From assembly GCF_963921235.1 (NCBI RefSeq), contig NC_086097.1, positions 153,452,001-153,516,000 on the forward strand: a stretch of 64,000 nucleotides of DNA. Reading direction: 5' to 3'. The notes beneath the pieces were generated by a model. It saw nothing but the letters and a program-made list of their open reading frames with translations, did not search any database and was not told the origin of the DNA. The position numbers were made by a program, and so were the translations under genes. This DNA is from Mobula hypostoma (Eukaryota). Position 1 is the first letter of the stretch. Every line of letters begins with the position of its first letter. Shown in pieces: positions 27,501 to 41,870 of this stretch.

Positions 27501-27894
27501 GTGCCAAGACAAAATTACAGTCAATTGCAAAATAAATAAACAGTACAAAAAAAAAGAAATAAATAATTTGAAGGACCATTAGAAATCGGAAAGTGGAGGG
27601 GCTTTGTGCTTGCCATTTTCTAGGAGATTGCTGTTCTGTCCTGTGTTGACAGACTATAGTTTCATATATTCAGTGGCAGTGCTGAATCACTGAAAGAGAC
27701 AACTCAAGGTTGATAGGCCTGCACTTCCATTTAATTTGAAACAAGACTAAGCTTCTACTGCCACTCAAAACACGGCTGTTTAAATAGCTACTGCTCAGAT
27801 GATTGAAAACTCTAAACAAATACGTGCATGATTTCAACAGCAGACAACACAAAAAAATCTGGTTAATTTGATATAAGCACCACATGCTTTAAAG

Positions 27895-28635
27895 CAATAC
27901 CAAAGTGCTGGAGGAACTCAGCAGGTCAGCCAGTGGCCATGGAAGTGAATAAACAGTGGAAGAAGGATCTCAGCCCAAACATCAAGACTGGAAAGGTAAG
28001 GGAAAAACATCAGAATAAAAAGGTCAAGGGAGGGGAAGAAGTATAGCTAGAAGCTGAGGCCAGGAGTGTAGAAAAGGTCTGGAAAGGATGGAACCTGATT
28101 GGAGAGGAGAGTGAACCACAGCAGAAAGGGAAGAAGGGGGACCTAGTGGGAGGTGATAAGCAGGAGAGAAGAAGTAAGAGGCCTAATGGGGAACAGAAGA
28201 AGGTGAGAAGGGGAGGGATTTTTTGGCAGATGGAGCAAAGGACACCAATTTACAAATGGTTTCACCAATTTAGAAATGGCTGCATTGAGAGCTCCAGACA
28301 CAATAGACAACACCCTGGTAGATTCACAGGTGAAGTGTTGCCTCACATGAAAGGACTGTTTGGGGCCCTGAATGAAGGTGAGGGAAGAGGTGAATGGACA
28401 ACTGTATTACTTTGGTTGCTTGCAGGAATAAGTACCGGGAAGAAGATTGGTGGGAAGGGACGAATAAACAAGGGAATCACAGAGGGTGTCATTGCGGAGA
28501 GCAGTGGGCGGGGGGGGGGGGTGGATACTTAAAGATGTTCTTGGTGGTAGGATCCCTTTGGAGATGGCAGAAGTTGTGGAGAATGATGTGTTAAATGCAG
28601 TGGTTCATGGGGTGGCAGGTAAGGACAAAAGAAAC
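27895..28635 (-). mobile_element. Penelope-like element fragment (GIY-YIG region and terminal sequence)
   Basis: Minus strand VRQHFTCEST.V.YC, the motif leading into the GIY-YIG endonuclease; purine-rich UTR and terminus resemble 62400-62760. Confidence 0.6.
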
Positions 28636-28901
28636 TCCACCACATGCTTTACTTCAGCAGAGGTCCTGCAATTCTACCAAGCAAAGTCACTGCAAGTGAG
28701 TAAGAAATTTTCTGGCAGAAGCTCACTCCAGTTGAAGACATTCCTATTTTCCTTCAGTTTTAACACATTTGTTACACCACAGAGCAACTCTGGTCTCTTC
28801 CAATTTTACACCAAGTTTTGCTTGCATCAGCCATTAAATTCTATATGAAATTGGACAGGTAATACATTCTTCAATGTTCATCTTTTTAGTCTGGTAATGA
28901 C

Positions 28902-29301
28902 TGTTAGAGTGATTTTTGGGTTTAGTATGTCTAGCAAATAACTTCAGCCACCTATCTTCAAATCTGAATATAGATTCTAAATATAGATTAAAATGTAGCT
29001 CTGGACAACAGGTTTCCAAAGACCTTGAATCACAGACCAGACAATGATTAAAATTCATTTAGATGTCTGTGGTGTGGGTGTGAAGTTTGTGTGTAGTTTC
29101 AAAGAAAGCATTGTGGATGTATTGTAAAAATGGTTGTCCTTTGATGTTTAGCATATAAAATATCAGGCCATGTTGGGCCAGCCAGATGTTTCCACTGAAA
29201 GCATTCCAATATGATGCCTGCTGTATCTTGTTCTGTCGATTACAGAGACTGCTTCATACCTACCAGTACCTTTCTCCAGTCTCTTAATTCATGCAACAAC
29301 A
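28902..29301 (+). mobile_element. Old solo LTR (copy A)
   Basis: TGTT...AACA termini; TATAAAA near 29154; collinear with 46368-46442 plus 61050-61404; flanks ATGAC/ATAAA are only a partial TSD. Confidence 0.65.
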
Positions 29302-29689
29302 ATAAAACCTCCACATTTTCTATCTCTAAATACAGTACCTGTCTGAAGTCAAGGGGATGTTGATTGCCATAATGAAAATTTACACTAATGTGTAATCATT
29401 TAATATTTTAAGTGTTTTCATGTGAATCACAAATATTCTTATTTTTAGAAATCGCAGATGAATGGAAGACGGATGCATTCCTAAACAGATAGAAGCAAAT
29501 ATTGATGGATATACCTATTTTGTGAAGTGCTAGCACCACTAGTAGAGCTGATACCTTGCCGTTCCAGTGGCTCCAAGTGCTGTCTGCATGTTGTTCTATC
29601 ACAGTGTGTTTTCAACTCTAGGCTGTTTGGCATCTATGAATTGCTCCTACATTCTGGAGGATGTTGATGGTAATGTGAGGCGATTAAAA

Positions 29690-30890
29690 GGGAAGAGTAC
29701 CTACACTTTCTGAGGGCGCTCCCCTCCCCTCCACTCTTACCACATTCCACCAGAGCACGATGGAGAGTCTCCTGCCCAGCTGCATCACTGTCTGGTACGG
29801 GAATTGCAGTGCATCAGATCGCAAGTTCCTGTAACAGATAGTGAGGGCTGTTGAAAACGTCACAGGGGTCTCTCCCCACAGCCCTCCCACCAGCACATAT
29901 ATCAGCAGTGTTGCATATGCAGTGCCTCCACCATTGTCAACAACTCATCCCATCCCTCCCACAATCTCTTTGACCTCCTTGTCAGGCAGAAGGTACCATA
30001 GCACAAGAAACAGAACTGCCAGGGCTTCTTCCCCCCAGGCTGTTAGACTTGTTAACTCTCTGCTACTACCCAGTGCACACGTACACGCGCTCTGAATGCC
30101 CTGCAATGCTCCACCACCACCCTTCACTGGTCACTTTGTAACTTTTATTGGTTCCATTTTACATAAACTGACAACATTTTATTTTCTGACAATGACATAC
30201 ACCTCATACTTTACTTCAAGCTGTCAATCTTCGGGCCACGTGCTAATTTTATTTTGTGACTGCACGTGATGGATTGTAACTATTTGTGTTGTGTGTGACG
30301 ATATGTACAATGTTTTTCACCTTGACCCGAGAGGAAAGAGGTTTCATTCAGCTGTATACACCCCGTGGCCACTTTATGAGGTGCACCTGCACACCAGCAC
30401 TTTAATGCAAAGATCTAATGAGCTGATCATGTGGCAGCAACTTGAAGTAGACATGGTCAAGAGGTTCACTTGTTGTTCAGACTAAGCAGCAGAATAGGGA
30501 AGAGGTATGATCTAAGTGACTTGGACCATACAATGGTTATTGATGCCAGAGAGGGTGTTTTTGAGTATCTCAAAAACTGCTGATCTCTTGGGATTTTCAT
30601 GGAAACAGTCTCTTGAGGTTACAGAGAACGTTGCGAGAAACAAGAAGAATTCCAGTGAGAGGTCGTTCAGTGGGTGAGAACACATTGTTAATGAGAGACG
30701 TCAAAGGAGAATGGCCAGACTGGTTCAAGCTGACAGGAAGATGACAGTAAAAAAAAATGACGCATTACAACAGTGGTATACAAGTAAGTATCTCTGAATG
30801 CACAGGGCATCGAACATTGAAGTGAATAGGCTGCAACTGAGCGAACATGTGTATGGTTAAAGAACAATAAACGTGACCTTGAACTTGAAA
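29690..30890 (+). mobile_element. Rex1/Babar 3' fragment interrupted by a Tc1-like element
   Basis: TTFHQSTMESLLPSCITVWYGNCS..., SGRRY; the AATAAAC...(CTTGAA)n tail resumes at ~30848. Confidence 0.65.
30359..30847 (+). mobile_element. Tc1-like non-autonomous DNA transposon
   Basis: TA + CACCCCGTGGCCACTTTAT terminus; transposase remnant RRMARLVQADRKMTV near 30706-30750. Confidence 0.7.
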
Positions 30891-31749
30891 GTTGGATTAA
30901 TGTGAAGAGGCCTGCACGGACTTAGTGGGCTGAAGAATCTGTTTCCATGCTGAAGGAATAAACAACATAATGCCGACAAGCAAAAGGCTTTTTGCAAATG
31001 CATTTTCAAAATGGAGCAGCAAACACTTAGATTTATTTATTGCATACAGTATCCATGTTCTCCATGAAGATAAATCTGACACTACTTCTTCCTGATCATC
31101 AGGTGAATTTGTTAGTTCTGGGATGGTTCTAAGAAACAGGAGCATCCTGTACTCAATGTGAGAATGTGTTACTGTATAAATAGTACCATTATTTATGAGG
31201 AATCACATGTTAGCATGATTTGACTTTTTTTTTGCAAGAGAGCCAGGGTGATTAAATTCAAAATACAATTTTGTTCAGTGATCCTTCCTGAATTATCACT
31301 GTATTTAAATCAAAACACTGCATCATCCCCTGCACTAATTATCTTCCTTCCCCAAGTCTCAGAACTTACTGGGGATGGTATTTTATTTTATTACCAGTAA
31401 AAACTGAATCTTTCCATGAAAGAAAAAAACACAGATGATCAATGAAAATAAGCCAAAACTAATTATCAGGTGAACCTTTATTAAAATGGCTAGAAGGAAG
31501 GATTTAATTAAAGAATTGATTTTATGTTCAGTTTATTACTGAGGTTAGAGACACCAATTTGAAATTGTGCAACGAATTTAGGATTTGATTTGAAGCGACT
31601 TATGCAAGTTTTTTTTTATTCCATATTATCAATAACCTCACCAATCTTCGCGTCATAAGCAAACTTACTGATGACATCCAATGTCCACAAGCAAGTCATT
31701 TATGTATATTACAAATGAAGTATCCCAGCACCAGTCCTTGTAGTACATA

Positions 31750-32286
31750 CATTCAGTGACCACATATTAAGTGCCTCCTGTACCTGATAAGATGGCCACT
31801 GTTTACATGTTTGAGGTCTTCTGCTGCTATAGACCATCTCCTGCAAGGTTCGATGTGTTGTGTAGTCAGAGATTCCCTACTGCATATTAGTGTTCCTATG
31901 CATGTTTAGCTGAGTTACTGTCACCCTCCTGTCAGCTTGAATCAGTCTGGCTATTCTGCTCTGACTTCTCTTAGTTTAGCCACACAACTGTCACTTACTG
32001 AATTTTTTTTTTGATTTTCTGTAAAATTTAGAGACTGTTATGCATAAAGGACCCAGGAGATCAGTACTTTATGAGATACTCAAACCACTCTGATTGACAC
32101 CGATAATCAATCTACAGTCAAAAACACTTAGATGACAGTTCTTCTCCATTTTGATATTCGGTCAGAACAATAACAGATCCTCTTGACCATGTCTGCATGC
32201 CTTTTTACATTGAGTTGCTGCCGCATGATTAGCTGATTCAATACTTGCATTAACAAGAAATTGTGCAGGTGTCCCAAATAAAGTGG
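31750..32286 (-). mobile_element. Second Tc1-like copy, opposite orientation
   Basis: Reverse-complement similarity to 30370-30740; GGCCACT and AATAAAGTGG TIR remnants. Confidence 0.65.
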
Positions 32287-32289
32287 AAA

Positions 32290-33440
32290 TACTTAGTTAC
32301 AGACATCTGATTGTACAAGCAATCCTCTACTTTTACCCTCTGCCTCATATCACTGAGCAAACTTTGAATCCAGTTTATCCTTGCCCTGTGTTCATGGATG
32401 TTAATCTCTTGAACGATTTTCACACAAGGATCCTTGTCAAAGAACTTTCTAAAGTTCATGTAAACTAAATCCAATAGGACAGGCAGAATCTTTCCTTGAC
32501 AAAGCCATGTTGGTTGTCTGTGATTCTTCCCTGCCTTTTCAAATGTTATTAATCCTCTTCCTTAGAATGTATTCCAATATCTTCTCTACCACTGATGGCA
32601 GGTCTGTAGTTAAGTCTTTTCCCTGCTGCTTTTCTTAAAAAGAGGGAAACATTTTTGCTATGCTCAATCACCTGCACCTCACTTATGTCCAGAGAAGATT
32701 TTCCAAGCTCTGCCAGTACTTAACCAATTAATTCCCTTGCCCCTTGTAGCATTCTTGGATAAATCCCATCCAGTCCTTGATATTTATCTGTTTAACCCTA
32801 CCAAGACACTGAGTTTATGCTTGGTAGGTTAAAGTCATGTACAAGTGTGTATTTATTTATGCAAATGAGCACTAAACTTTCACCTACCCCTTCACTGAAT
32901 TCTCCGACTACATATTCTATTTTCTTTATGAATACTAATGAAAAGTATTCATTTAGGATCTTGCTTAATCCTTCTGCATCCCATGCACCAACTGGCAGTT
33001 TGTCCCAAATTCACCCTACTTTTTCCCTGATTATTATTTTGCCCTCAACATGCTACAAACTGCTTTCAGGTTTTACTTAATCCTACCTGTTGATATTTTT
33101 TGTACACATTCTTAGTCTTCCTCATTTCCTTCTTAAGCAGCCACACTCAATATACTCTTGATAAACCTCCTCTCATCATAAGTTCCCTACATGTTATTTT
33201 TTTTCTCCTCTTTTTCTGACCCCCAATGTGTCCAACGTCCAGGATTCCCTATACTTGTTGCTCCTACCTCTTAACGGCATGGGATCACATTGGCTTTGAA
33301 CTCTAATTATTTCCCCTTGAATGTTTTCAACTGTACAACTATAAGATTACCAGCAAGTAGAATCCACCTTTGCTTATATTAATGAAATTTATATTTCTCT
33401 CAATTTAAGACCTTAATTATTAGTCCATCCCCATCCTTTG
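32290..33440 (-). mobile_element. Old CR1 RT fragment
   Basis: MDLVYMNFRKFFDK...WIQSLLSDMRQRV and QHGFVKE; collinear with 49330-50500. Confidence 0.7.
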
Positions 33441-34339
33441 GTTTTAATGTAGTGGAAAAGCAACCTTGGAATTAAAAGCCGGAGTACCAGTATTGAACAA
33501 TCTTGCTGAGGCACTAAGGAGAATAACAAAATCTGAGTTTAACATCTTAGCAATGCTGCACCATGTCTGTGTCCATATCAAATGTGGATTGAAAGGTTTG
33601 TTTGTGCGCAAGGTCGTTGTGAACACCATGAGTAAAGACACATTGAAGTGACTGGAGTGTAAAGCTCCTCAAAGGATCTGTTGAATTTTCAAAGTAATGG
33701 AAAAGGCCTTATTACCAAAAAAAAAGAACATCTGATGTCAGCAGCAGAACAGTTTCAGAAATTATCTAAAATGAATGGGGGATTCTGGAGTCTGTAAATG
33801 TGAAACAATTGCAAGGAAGTTGTGATGAATCATCTTACACAACCTTCTTTCTTTCACTAATAAAAGAGCAGAATTTAATATCCTTTCTAGCTCAGCATAG
33901 CTACATTACTTAGAATTAGTATCCTATTTAGGTCAGACTAAGATGATACATTTGCTCTCAAGAAAATATTAGTAACCTAGACAGTTTTATTTTTAGATAA
34001 TCCTGTGGTTTTGTGGTAATCATTTCTAAGATTAGATACATTTTGTTTAATGATTTCAGATTATTCAACTGCCTTGGTGGGATTTCACCTTGGGACCCTA
34101 GATCTCTGGGTTAGCAAACTAGTAACTTCAGTCCCACACAGGCTACAATTACAGTGCCACACTCCAGGAAAGATGTAACAGCAGAAGAGAAGGTATGGAA
34201 TAAATTTACAAAAATGATTCCAGGGAGTAGGAACAGATGTTAACAAAAAATTGAAGTAGCTGGAATTGTTCTTGGAACACTGAAGGGTGTAAGAGGTAAT
34301 CAGATAGGCATGTCTGAATTGTGAAAGGTATAGGCAGAT

Positions 34340-35002
34340 CAGGAAGGCAAATGCCATGTTAACATTCATTTCAACAGGTCTAGAATACAAGAGCAAAGAT
34401 GTGATGCTGAGGCTTTATAAGGCACTGGTGAGCCCTCATCTTGAGTATTGTGAACAGTTTTAGGCCCCTCATCTTAGAAAAGATGTGCTGGCATTGGAGA
34501 GGGTCCAGAGGAGGTTCACAAGGATGATTCCAGGAATGAAAAGGTTATCATACGAGGTACATTTGATGGTTCTGTGTCTGTACTCACTGGAATTCAGAAG
34601 GATGAGGGGGGATCTTCATTGAAACCTTTTGAATGTTGAAAGGCCTAGACAGAGTAGATGTGGAAAGAATGTTTCCCATGGTGGGAGAGTTTAGGACAAG
34701 TGGGCACAGCCTCAGGATAGAGAGGCACCTTGTCAAAACAGTGATCCAGAGAAATTTCTTTAGCCAAAGGGTGTGAATTTGTGGAATTTGTTGCCACATG
34801 CAGCTGTGAAGGCCAAGTCATTTGGTGTATTTAAGGCAGAGATTGATTGGTTCTTGATTGGACATGGCATCAAAGGTTACGAGGAGAGGGCCGGGAACTG
34901 CGGTTGAAGAGGAAACAAAAAAAGGATCAGACATGATTGAATGGCAGAGCAGACTCGATGGGCTGAATGGCCTAATTCTGTTCCTATGCCTTATGGTCTT
35001 AT
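34340..35002 (+). mobile_element. CR1 3' fragment
   Basis: LYKALVSPHLEYCEQF...RKDVLALERVQRRFTRMIPG; CTTATGGTCTTAT tail. Confidence 0.88.
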
Positions 35003-36180
35003 AAGTGGAGGAAAAAATAAATACAAGAGATCCAGCCGTGCTGGAAATCCAGAACAACATATACAAAATGATGGAGGAACACAGCAGGTCAGGCAGCAAC
35101 TTTGGAAATGGGCCTTAGCCCGAAAGGTTGATTCCTTATTCATTTGCATTGATGTCGACTGACCTGCTGGGTTCCTTCAGCATTTTAAGTGAAAGAAAAA
35201 ATTTAGATCGAAGGTGATTGATAGAAGAGAAATGAGGAGAAACATTTTGTTTCACAGCAAGGTGGATTTAACTGTGGTGTTCAAACATGAACTAGGTGGG
35301 ACTTCTGTGGGAAGTGGGTTTGGCTGGATGCTGTGACATAGAGCCAGTGCTGATTCAACAGGTTTCCTATGCTGTAAACACTCAGTGGGTCTGCATAGTT
35401 AAAACTGATGTAAACCCCACTGCATTGTCAAATAGCTCAGGAAAACTCATGGAACAATACATTTCTGTAATGTATTTTAATTTCTGCCAAATGCCTTGTG
35501 CAAACTGAAGCAATAATATTTCAGCAAATAACAAGTTGCACTTTATCATCATGTATTTCTGCAAGCTTTTATAAATTACAACAATGTCGAGTTGAGTCTT
35601 TCATGCAGTGTGTAAGATGCAGATATGGACTGTATCCTCTTGGTCAGCATACAGCACATATTTATGTGACTGGCTCTGAGCTAATTATACTTTATGTATG
35701 CAAATCAAATTACAATACATCTATAAGATTATAAAAATGATGCTTTTATATGGTAATCTATGCCTTAAGAAAATAGTCTACATGATGGCTCATAGTTTTT
35801 GTTATTTTATGCTAAAAACAATTATTATTTGTCTCCATGAACACTTGCAGGCAGCATAACTAAAATTTGCCAAGTCATTCTTCTACCATGTTATTGCACT
35901 TTTGTTATCCTTCTGCCAGCCATCACAGGCTGTTATCTCATTGCAAGCGGTGCTACTGATACTGGTGTTACCAGTATTTGTATGTGAAAAGAATGCATTA
36001 GTTGGATGAGAAAGTCAAAGTAAAATTCCTAGGCAATGTAATTATTTTTGTGGTTTCTAGTCACTTGTTTGAAAAGACCAATACAAAACAATGTCTTCCA
36101 AGTCAGAAATAGTTCAGGTTGGTTCCCCAGTGCATGATCTTTTACCAAGGCATAAGTACTATCACAGAAACCCTTTAAGG

Positions 36181-37142
36181 CAGGGGTCCCCAACCATTTT
36201 TGGACTGCGGACCGGTTTAATATTGACAATATTCTTGCGGACCGGCCGACCCAGGGGGGCGGGGAGGGGGGTATGGTTGCCAATGGACAAAAGTGGCAGT
36301 CAGATACGTTGTGTTTACCCAGAGAAAGACTACAAGACCATGAAGTCTTGCGTGGGCTCCAGTGCGCATGCGTGCACTTGCCGATTTTTTTTTTTCTCTC
36401 TGCAAATCGTTTTTGGCGATTCTGTTCAGAGGGGCGCAGGAGGTGTGAATCATGACCGGAAGATAGGTGATAAGTGGCTAATACACTCAATTTCATTTCT
36501 AAAAGCGATTATCTAACAAATTTAATATTAAACACAGTGCATATTTTCCTCGCATGAATATAGTGATAAGTCAATTATCAGGGGAGGACAGGGAAGCTTG
36601 AAGTAAGTGTTGAAGGAACTTCCAGTAGAAGTGGCAGAAGCAGGTTCGATATTATCATTTTAAAAAATTGGTAGGTATATGGACAGGAAAGGAATGGAGG
36701 GTTATGAGCTGAGTGCAGGTCGGTGGGACTAGGTGAGAGTTGCGTTCGGCATGGACTAGAAGGGCGGAGATGGCCTGTTTCCGTGCTGTAATTGTTATAT
36801 GGTTATATAAGTCACATAATATTTTAAGTAACATTTGGATATTAAACACACAGCAGATATTTTCCCTGTATGAACATATAAAATCATTGCAACATACCAA
36901 TATCGCTGAATCAGTGGGAGCCCTGGGCTTGTTTTCCTGCAACAAGATGGTCCTATCGAGGGGTGATGGGAGACAGCGATACTCGAAGGGGGTTCTTTAT
37001 GTCCAGTCTATTCCGCAATTTAGTTTTTGTTGCATTCATTGCAGAAAACTCCGCTTTGCAGAAAAATGTTGGAAATGGAAGCATATCGGTTCCTCGCAGC
37101 CCGGTAGCACATGCTTTGCGGCCCGGTGGTTGGGGACCGCTG
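36181..37142. mobile_element. hAT (Charlie-like) non-autonomous element carrying a CR1 tail
   Basis: TIRs CAGGGGTCCCCAACC / GGTTGGGGACCGCTG; perfect 8-bp TSD CTTTAAGG at 36173-36180 and 37143-37150; internal ~36615-36808 matches the CR1 end at 62988-63182. Confidence 0.88.
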
Positions 37143-38879
37143 CTTTAAGGCCCTAGGTTTTTAAGCCATTTTACAGTTGGTCAAGTTTTTAAGTAACTTC
37201 AGTTTGCATCTGTTCAAGTGATTTACTTTGATCACAATGGAGAATGTTGCAAAGAACACCTGTCAGTGGAGCTGGATTGAATCACTAACATCAACTTTTG
37301 GATGACTTCGTCAAACTACATATGTTATCAGTTTAATGTGGTAATGACACCAAAAGCTGTTACTTTCGTCAGCTTTACTCATCTGGACTACTGTTACACC
37401 AATATGTGGATACCAGGAAACAAAACTAACGTGTTGACAAGGAGCTGGTCATTGATGGTCGCATCCAGACTCATTTCCCCATAGTCTTTCCATATTATCT
37501 CCCATTTACTTTTGAAGCAAATAACTAAATCCTTGCAAACCAAGAATTAAAGTCCTTTTGATCTTTAAAAGTATGCACATCTCAATTTGCAGTTGCTCAG
37601 GTTAGTGGTTAAAATTTGTGTGAGGACAGGTCCGCAAGAATGATAGATAGGTGATACGCTGTTGAAGAAGTCTTCTTGTTGGAGGATTAATAAGGACATA
37701 TAGATGCAGAGAGCAGAAAGGAGCACATAAATGTTGTGAAATGTACACCTGTAAGAAATGCGCAGCAGTTCAGGCCATGTTAGAAAAATTGAATTACTAC
37801 TACAGATGGATGAAAGAACGAGAAGCAAATTTTGAGGTAAACAGATTACATTCAATTATTGAATTCCATTTTAAGGCAAAAAAAAGTACAGCATACTCGT
37901 ATGGAAAAAGATTTTAAATGGGCTTTATGAGAATTTTAGCCACACTTTATCAAAGAAACGAAGGAAAACAAAAACACTGAGCATGAACAAAACAAGAAGA
38001 GACAAATAGAAACACCAAAGAGAGAAATACAACTGTTTTAATTTTGGGATTCCAGTAACTGTAGTAGCAGTGAAACCAACACAATTACAAATTCCTTGCA
38101 GGCTGGTTATATCCCATGATAAAAATCTGTGATCCATGTGTTAGTGATTCTCTGGAGATGTTCTCCCTAGTGTGCTGCTGCTTGTGGACAATTACGGTGC
38201 ACAATATCAAGTGATTTGGATGGGAGCATTTTGCAGAAGACTTTAGCACATTAATGGAGGGGCTGTGTGGTATTACCTCATGGAGGCAAGGATTTTTCTT
38301 TGTGGAGATGGTTGTGCATGCCGCAATATTCTGTAATCAGAGCAATGAGTAAACTGCAAAGCTGTGACTATCAGTGCATCTAGATAACAGCAACTCTTGT
38401 GGTCTAACATGTCCGTCCCTGCTGTCATCACTCTCTACCATTGTAATTGTCAGCCAGGTTTTACTTCTAGAGGCTTAACGTTACTTTTAATTACTCCATT
38501 CCCACTATTCCCTGTTGATTTAGAATGGAGAATTCAGAAGAAACTTTTGAACCCAAAGAATGGGGTGTGTTTGAAAAATGCTAACACAAGGGAAGAATTG
38601 AAGCAAGTAGTTTAGAAAAAAAGTAGGAGAGCTGGTCAAATATGTGTCAGAGTGTGAATTAATGTGTAAACAGACATATGTAAGTGACAAAAGTTGGGAG
38701 GAGTTTTAAATGAAGCTAAAACATCAGAAAAATTGAGTTCTATATATCCCACATAATCTTTCAAATATGCAAATAAGGAAATACTGATAAATTGGCAGTT
38801 TCAGTACCACTGACTTCTGAAAATGCTTGTGTGATCCCCATGTGTAATTTTAGAATCATTGACTCCATCACAGTTAACT

Positions 38880-40520
38880 TTTCAATTTCAAAATCAAACC
38901 GAGTTTATCACTTGCACAGGGCCATGTATGCACAGGTGCAATGGAAAAACTTACTTGCAGCATCATAGGCACATAGCATCATATAATCAGCATTCACAGG
39001 AAAAAGAAACTCAAACTCAAGCTCATCGTCATCTCACTATACATATATACAACCACAGTTAATAAAATATAATTCAAAGCACATTTAATATGCAGCACAG
39101 GTGAACAGTAAACAGCTCGCTGTCCTAGTAATGGGACCTCAGTCGAGGTCTCACAGCCTTGTGGGGAAAAACCTGTTACCCAGTCTGGCAGCCTTACTCC
39201 TGATGCTCCTGTGCCTCCTTCCTGATGGTAGTGGGTCAAAGAGATTGCTGGATGGTGGGAGGGGTCCACACCAATGTCTCAGGCCCTTCATATACAACAT
39301 TCCCAGTAAAATATCACAAATAGCGGGGAGGGAGACCCCCTATATCCTTTCGACATTTTTTTTTACTATTCTCTCGCGGGTCTTGCAGTCTGATGCCTTG
39401 CAGCTTCTATACTACACAATGATGTAGCCAAACAGGACACTCCCGATGGTACTCTTGTAGAAAGTTGTTAGAATGGGGGTGGGTAGCTTTGTAGACCTCA
39501 AACTCTTCAAAAATAAATTCAGATGCTGCTGTGCCTTCCTGACCACCGAGGTGGTGTAGTGGGTCCATGTTAGATCGTTTGTTATGTGCACACCAAGGAA
39601 CTTGATGCTCTTCACTCTGTCAACGGCAGAGCCATTGATGTGCAATGGAGAGTCGTCAACCTGTGTCTCCGTAGTCCACAGTTATCGCTTTTGTTTAGTC
39701 TGCGTTGAGATTCAGGTTATTGTTCTCACACCGTTTGTCAAGCCTCTTTACCTGACCATTGTATGCCAACTCCTCATCGTTGCTGATGAAGCCAGCCACT
39801 GCAGTATCATCAGTGACTTGATGTGGTTAGAGCTAGACCTGACAGTACAGTTACGAGTCAGCAGCGTGTACAGCAGCAGGATGAACACACTGCCTGAGTG
39901 GGGGGTGGGGGGTGGGGGGGTGCACCAGCATTCAGTGTGATGGAACTTGAAATGTTGCTGCCAACACAGACAGACTGGCATCTTTCATTCAAGAAGTCAA
40001 AGATCCAGTTATTGAGAGGGGTGTTGAGTCCCAGTGAGGACAATTTACCAATCAGCCTCTGTGGGATAATTATGTTAAACACTGAACTGAAGATGATGAA
40101 CAACAACCTGGTATGAGGCATTGTTTTCTAGTAGGGACAGGACATAAAGGAGAACAGGAGTTATGGCATCATCAGTATATTGGCTTAAGTGGTAGGCAAA
40201 TTGGAAAGGGTCCAGTGTAGCTGGAAAGCAGGATTTTCTATGATCTATTACCAGCCACTCAAAGCACTTCATGATTGTTGAAGTCAGTGCCATTGAGTGC
40301 TAATCATTTCAGCAAGCTTCCATTACTCTCTTGGTCACCAGAATGATGGTGTCTGCCTTAAAGCCTGCAAGGACAAGTGGACTGTTGCAAAGAGAAATTA
40401 AGAACGTCCATTAAAACCTCTGTTCACTGGGCTGCCCAATCCCTCAGCACCTGACTAGGTATGTTGTCTGGCCCCACAGTTTACCCTGGCTAGTATCCCC
40501 CTCAACTCTGCTGTGGCCAG
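38880..40520 (-). mobile_element. Rex1/Babar LINE fragment (RT to 3' end)
   Basis: [44 protein letters not shown]. Confidence 0.85.
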
Positions 40521-40807
40521 ACAGAGTGTTAGGATCACTAGCAAATTTAAGTGCAGGAATCACTGAGACTTCAGCAATTAAAGTAAAACTAAAGATTAAT
40601 TACAAACATTAGCAAAAAAACTAACAAGAGTTCAAGCAAACTGTATAGGAATTTTGATGAACAGAAATCACTGACGATGGGGTCTGAATTTCACCCGACA
40701 AAGAACAATGACCTAACAGAGAGAAGTTATGTTCCCCTGAAATAGGCACTGGGCCATGCAGGAATTCCTGACATTGAAAATAATGTGCTAATTCAATTAC
40801 CCCAAAT

Positions 40808-41090
40808 GTATTTATTTATTGATTGGGATACAGCAAGGAATAGATCCTTCCAGCCCTTCAAGCCATGCCATCCAGAAACCCCAATTTAATCCTAGCCTAA
40901 CCATGAGGCAATTTACAATGATTAATTAACTTACTTTCTGGTATGTCTTTGGCCTGTGGGTGGAAACCGGAACACCTGGAGGAAACCCATGCAGTCATGG
41001 AGGAATGTACAAACACCTTACAGATAGTGGCAGGAATTGAACCTACGTCACTGGTACTGTAAAGCATTGTGCTAACCACTGTGCTGCCCC
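40808..41090 (-). mobile_element. tRNA-derived V-SINE (HE1-like)
   Basis: Minus strand: A-box-like TGGTTAGCAC, B-box GGTTCAATTCC, V-domain TGGGTTTCCTCCAGGTGTTCCGGTTTCC, CR1-like 3' tail with (TAAA)n. Confidence 0.8.
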
Positions 41091-41559
41091 ATTAAAAAAA
41101 AGTGTTAAATATGAAGAGATTAACAATCTCTATGATCACAAATAAGGCTCCTGCAAAACAAAGAGAAAAACCAGAGCAATTAAACACAAAAGGTAAACAA
41201 CCCAAGTACAAAGCATATGCAAGAGGTGACGCCAACAAAAAAAAAGTCTACATACTAACAGACAAAAAGAAAACTCTTTCTCAAAAACAACCCCTAGTTG
41301 TGAAACAGCATGCCTGCTGCTCGGTGGCGGGGGGGGGGGGGCCCGGGGGATGAGGGATTTCCCTCAATGTCACTTCACTCATTGTGTCAAATTGTGCATA
41401 GAATGTATTCAGCCTATCAAGAAGGGAGGAGTCACTGTCATCGACACACAGGGTGGACTTGTAGTCTGTAAATTATACACCTTTACTTTGCAAGGAGGAA
41501 CACAAAAAAAAAACAAAAGTCAATTTTTGTGTCAAGGGATCAAAGTGGCCAATGTGTTG

Positions 41560-41870
41560 TTAAACTCTGGTGATCAGGGTGTGCCAATTGGTTCAAGAAC
41601 TAAATGGTTAAAGGGAAGTAGCTGTTCTTGAACCTGAAGACTTTAAGACTGAAGCTCCTTTCTGATGGTAGCTGTGAGAAGATGGCATGGGACAGGTGGC
41701 ATGAATCCTTGATGATAGATGTGGATTTCATGAGGCAATGTCTCTTTTAGATACTGCTGATGACAGGGAGGATTTGCCTGTGATATTCTGGGCATAATCC
41801 ACAATTCTCTGAAGCTTCTTACATTCCTGCACCTTTGAAATGCTGTGCCAGCCCATGATGCAACCAATTT
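41560..41870 (-). mobile_element. Rex1/Babar 3' fragment
   Basis: ORF 41643-41867 region resembles the Rex1 C-terminus and the AGGAACAGCT(T/A)CTTCCC motif. Confidence 0.55.

Noticed and set aside
28902..29301. Duplicated segment with CTTTGAT/CATTGT motifs as a duplicated enhancer or exon
   Set aside because: TG...CA ends, TATA and polyA signals, and a TSD on the paralog fit a solo LTR; indels rule out a conserved reading frame.
37200..38850. Non-repetitive-looking stretch as a conserved non-coding element
   Set aside because: Conservation cannot be judged without cross-species alignment, and nothing in the sequence alone supports a call.
41020..41090. tRNA gene
   Set aside because: The A and B boxes belong to a V-SINE head; there is no complete cloverleaf.
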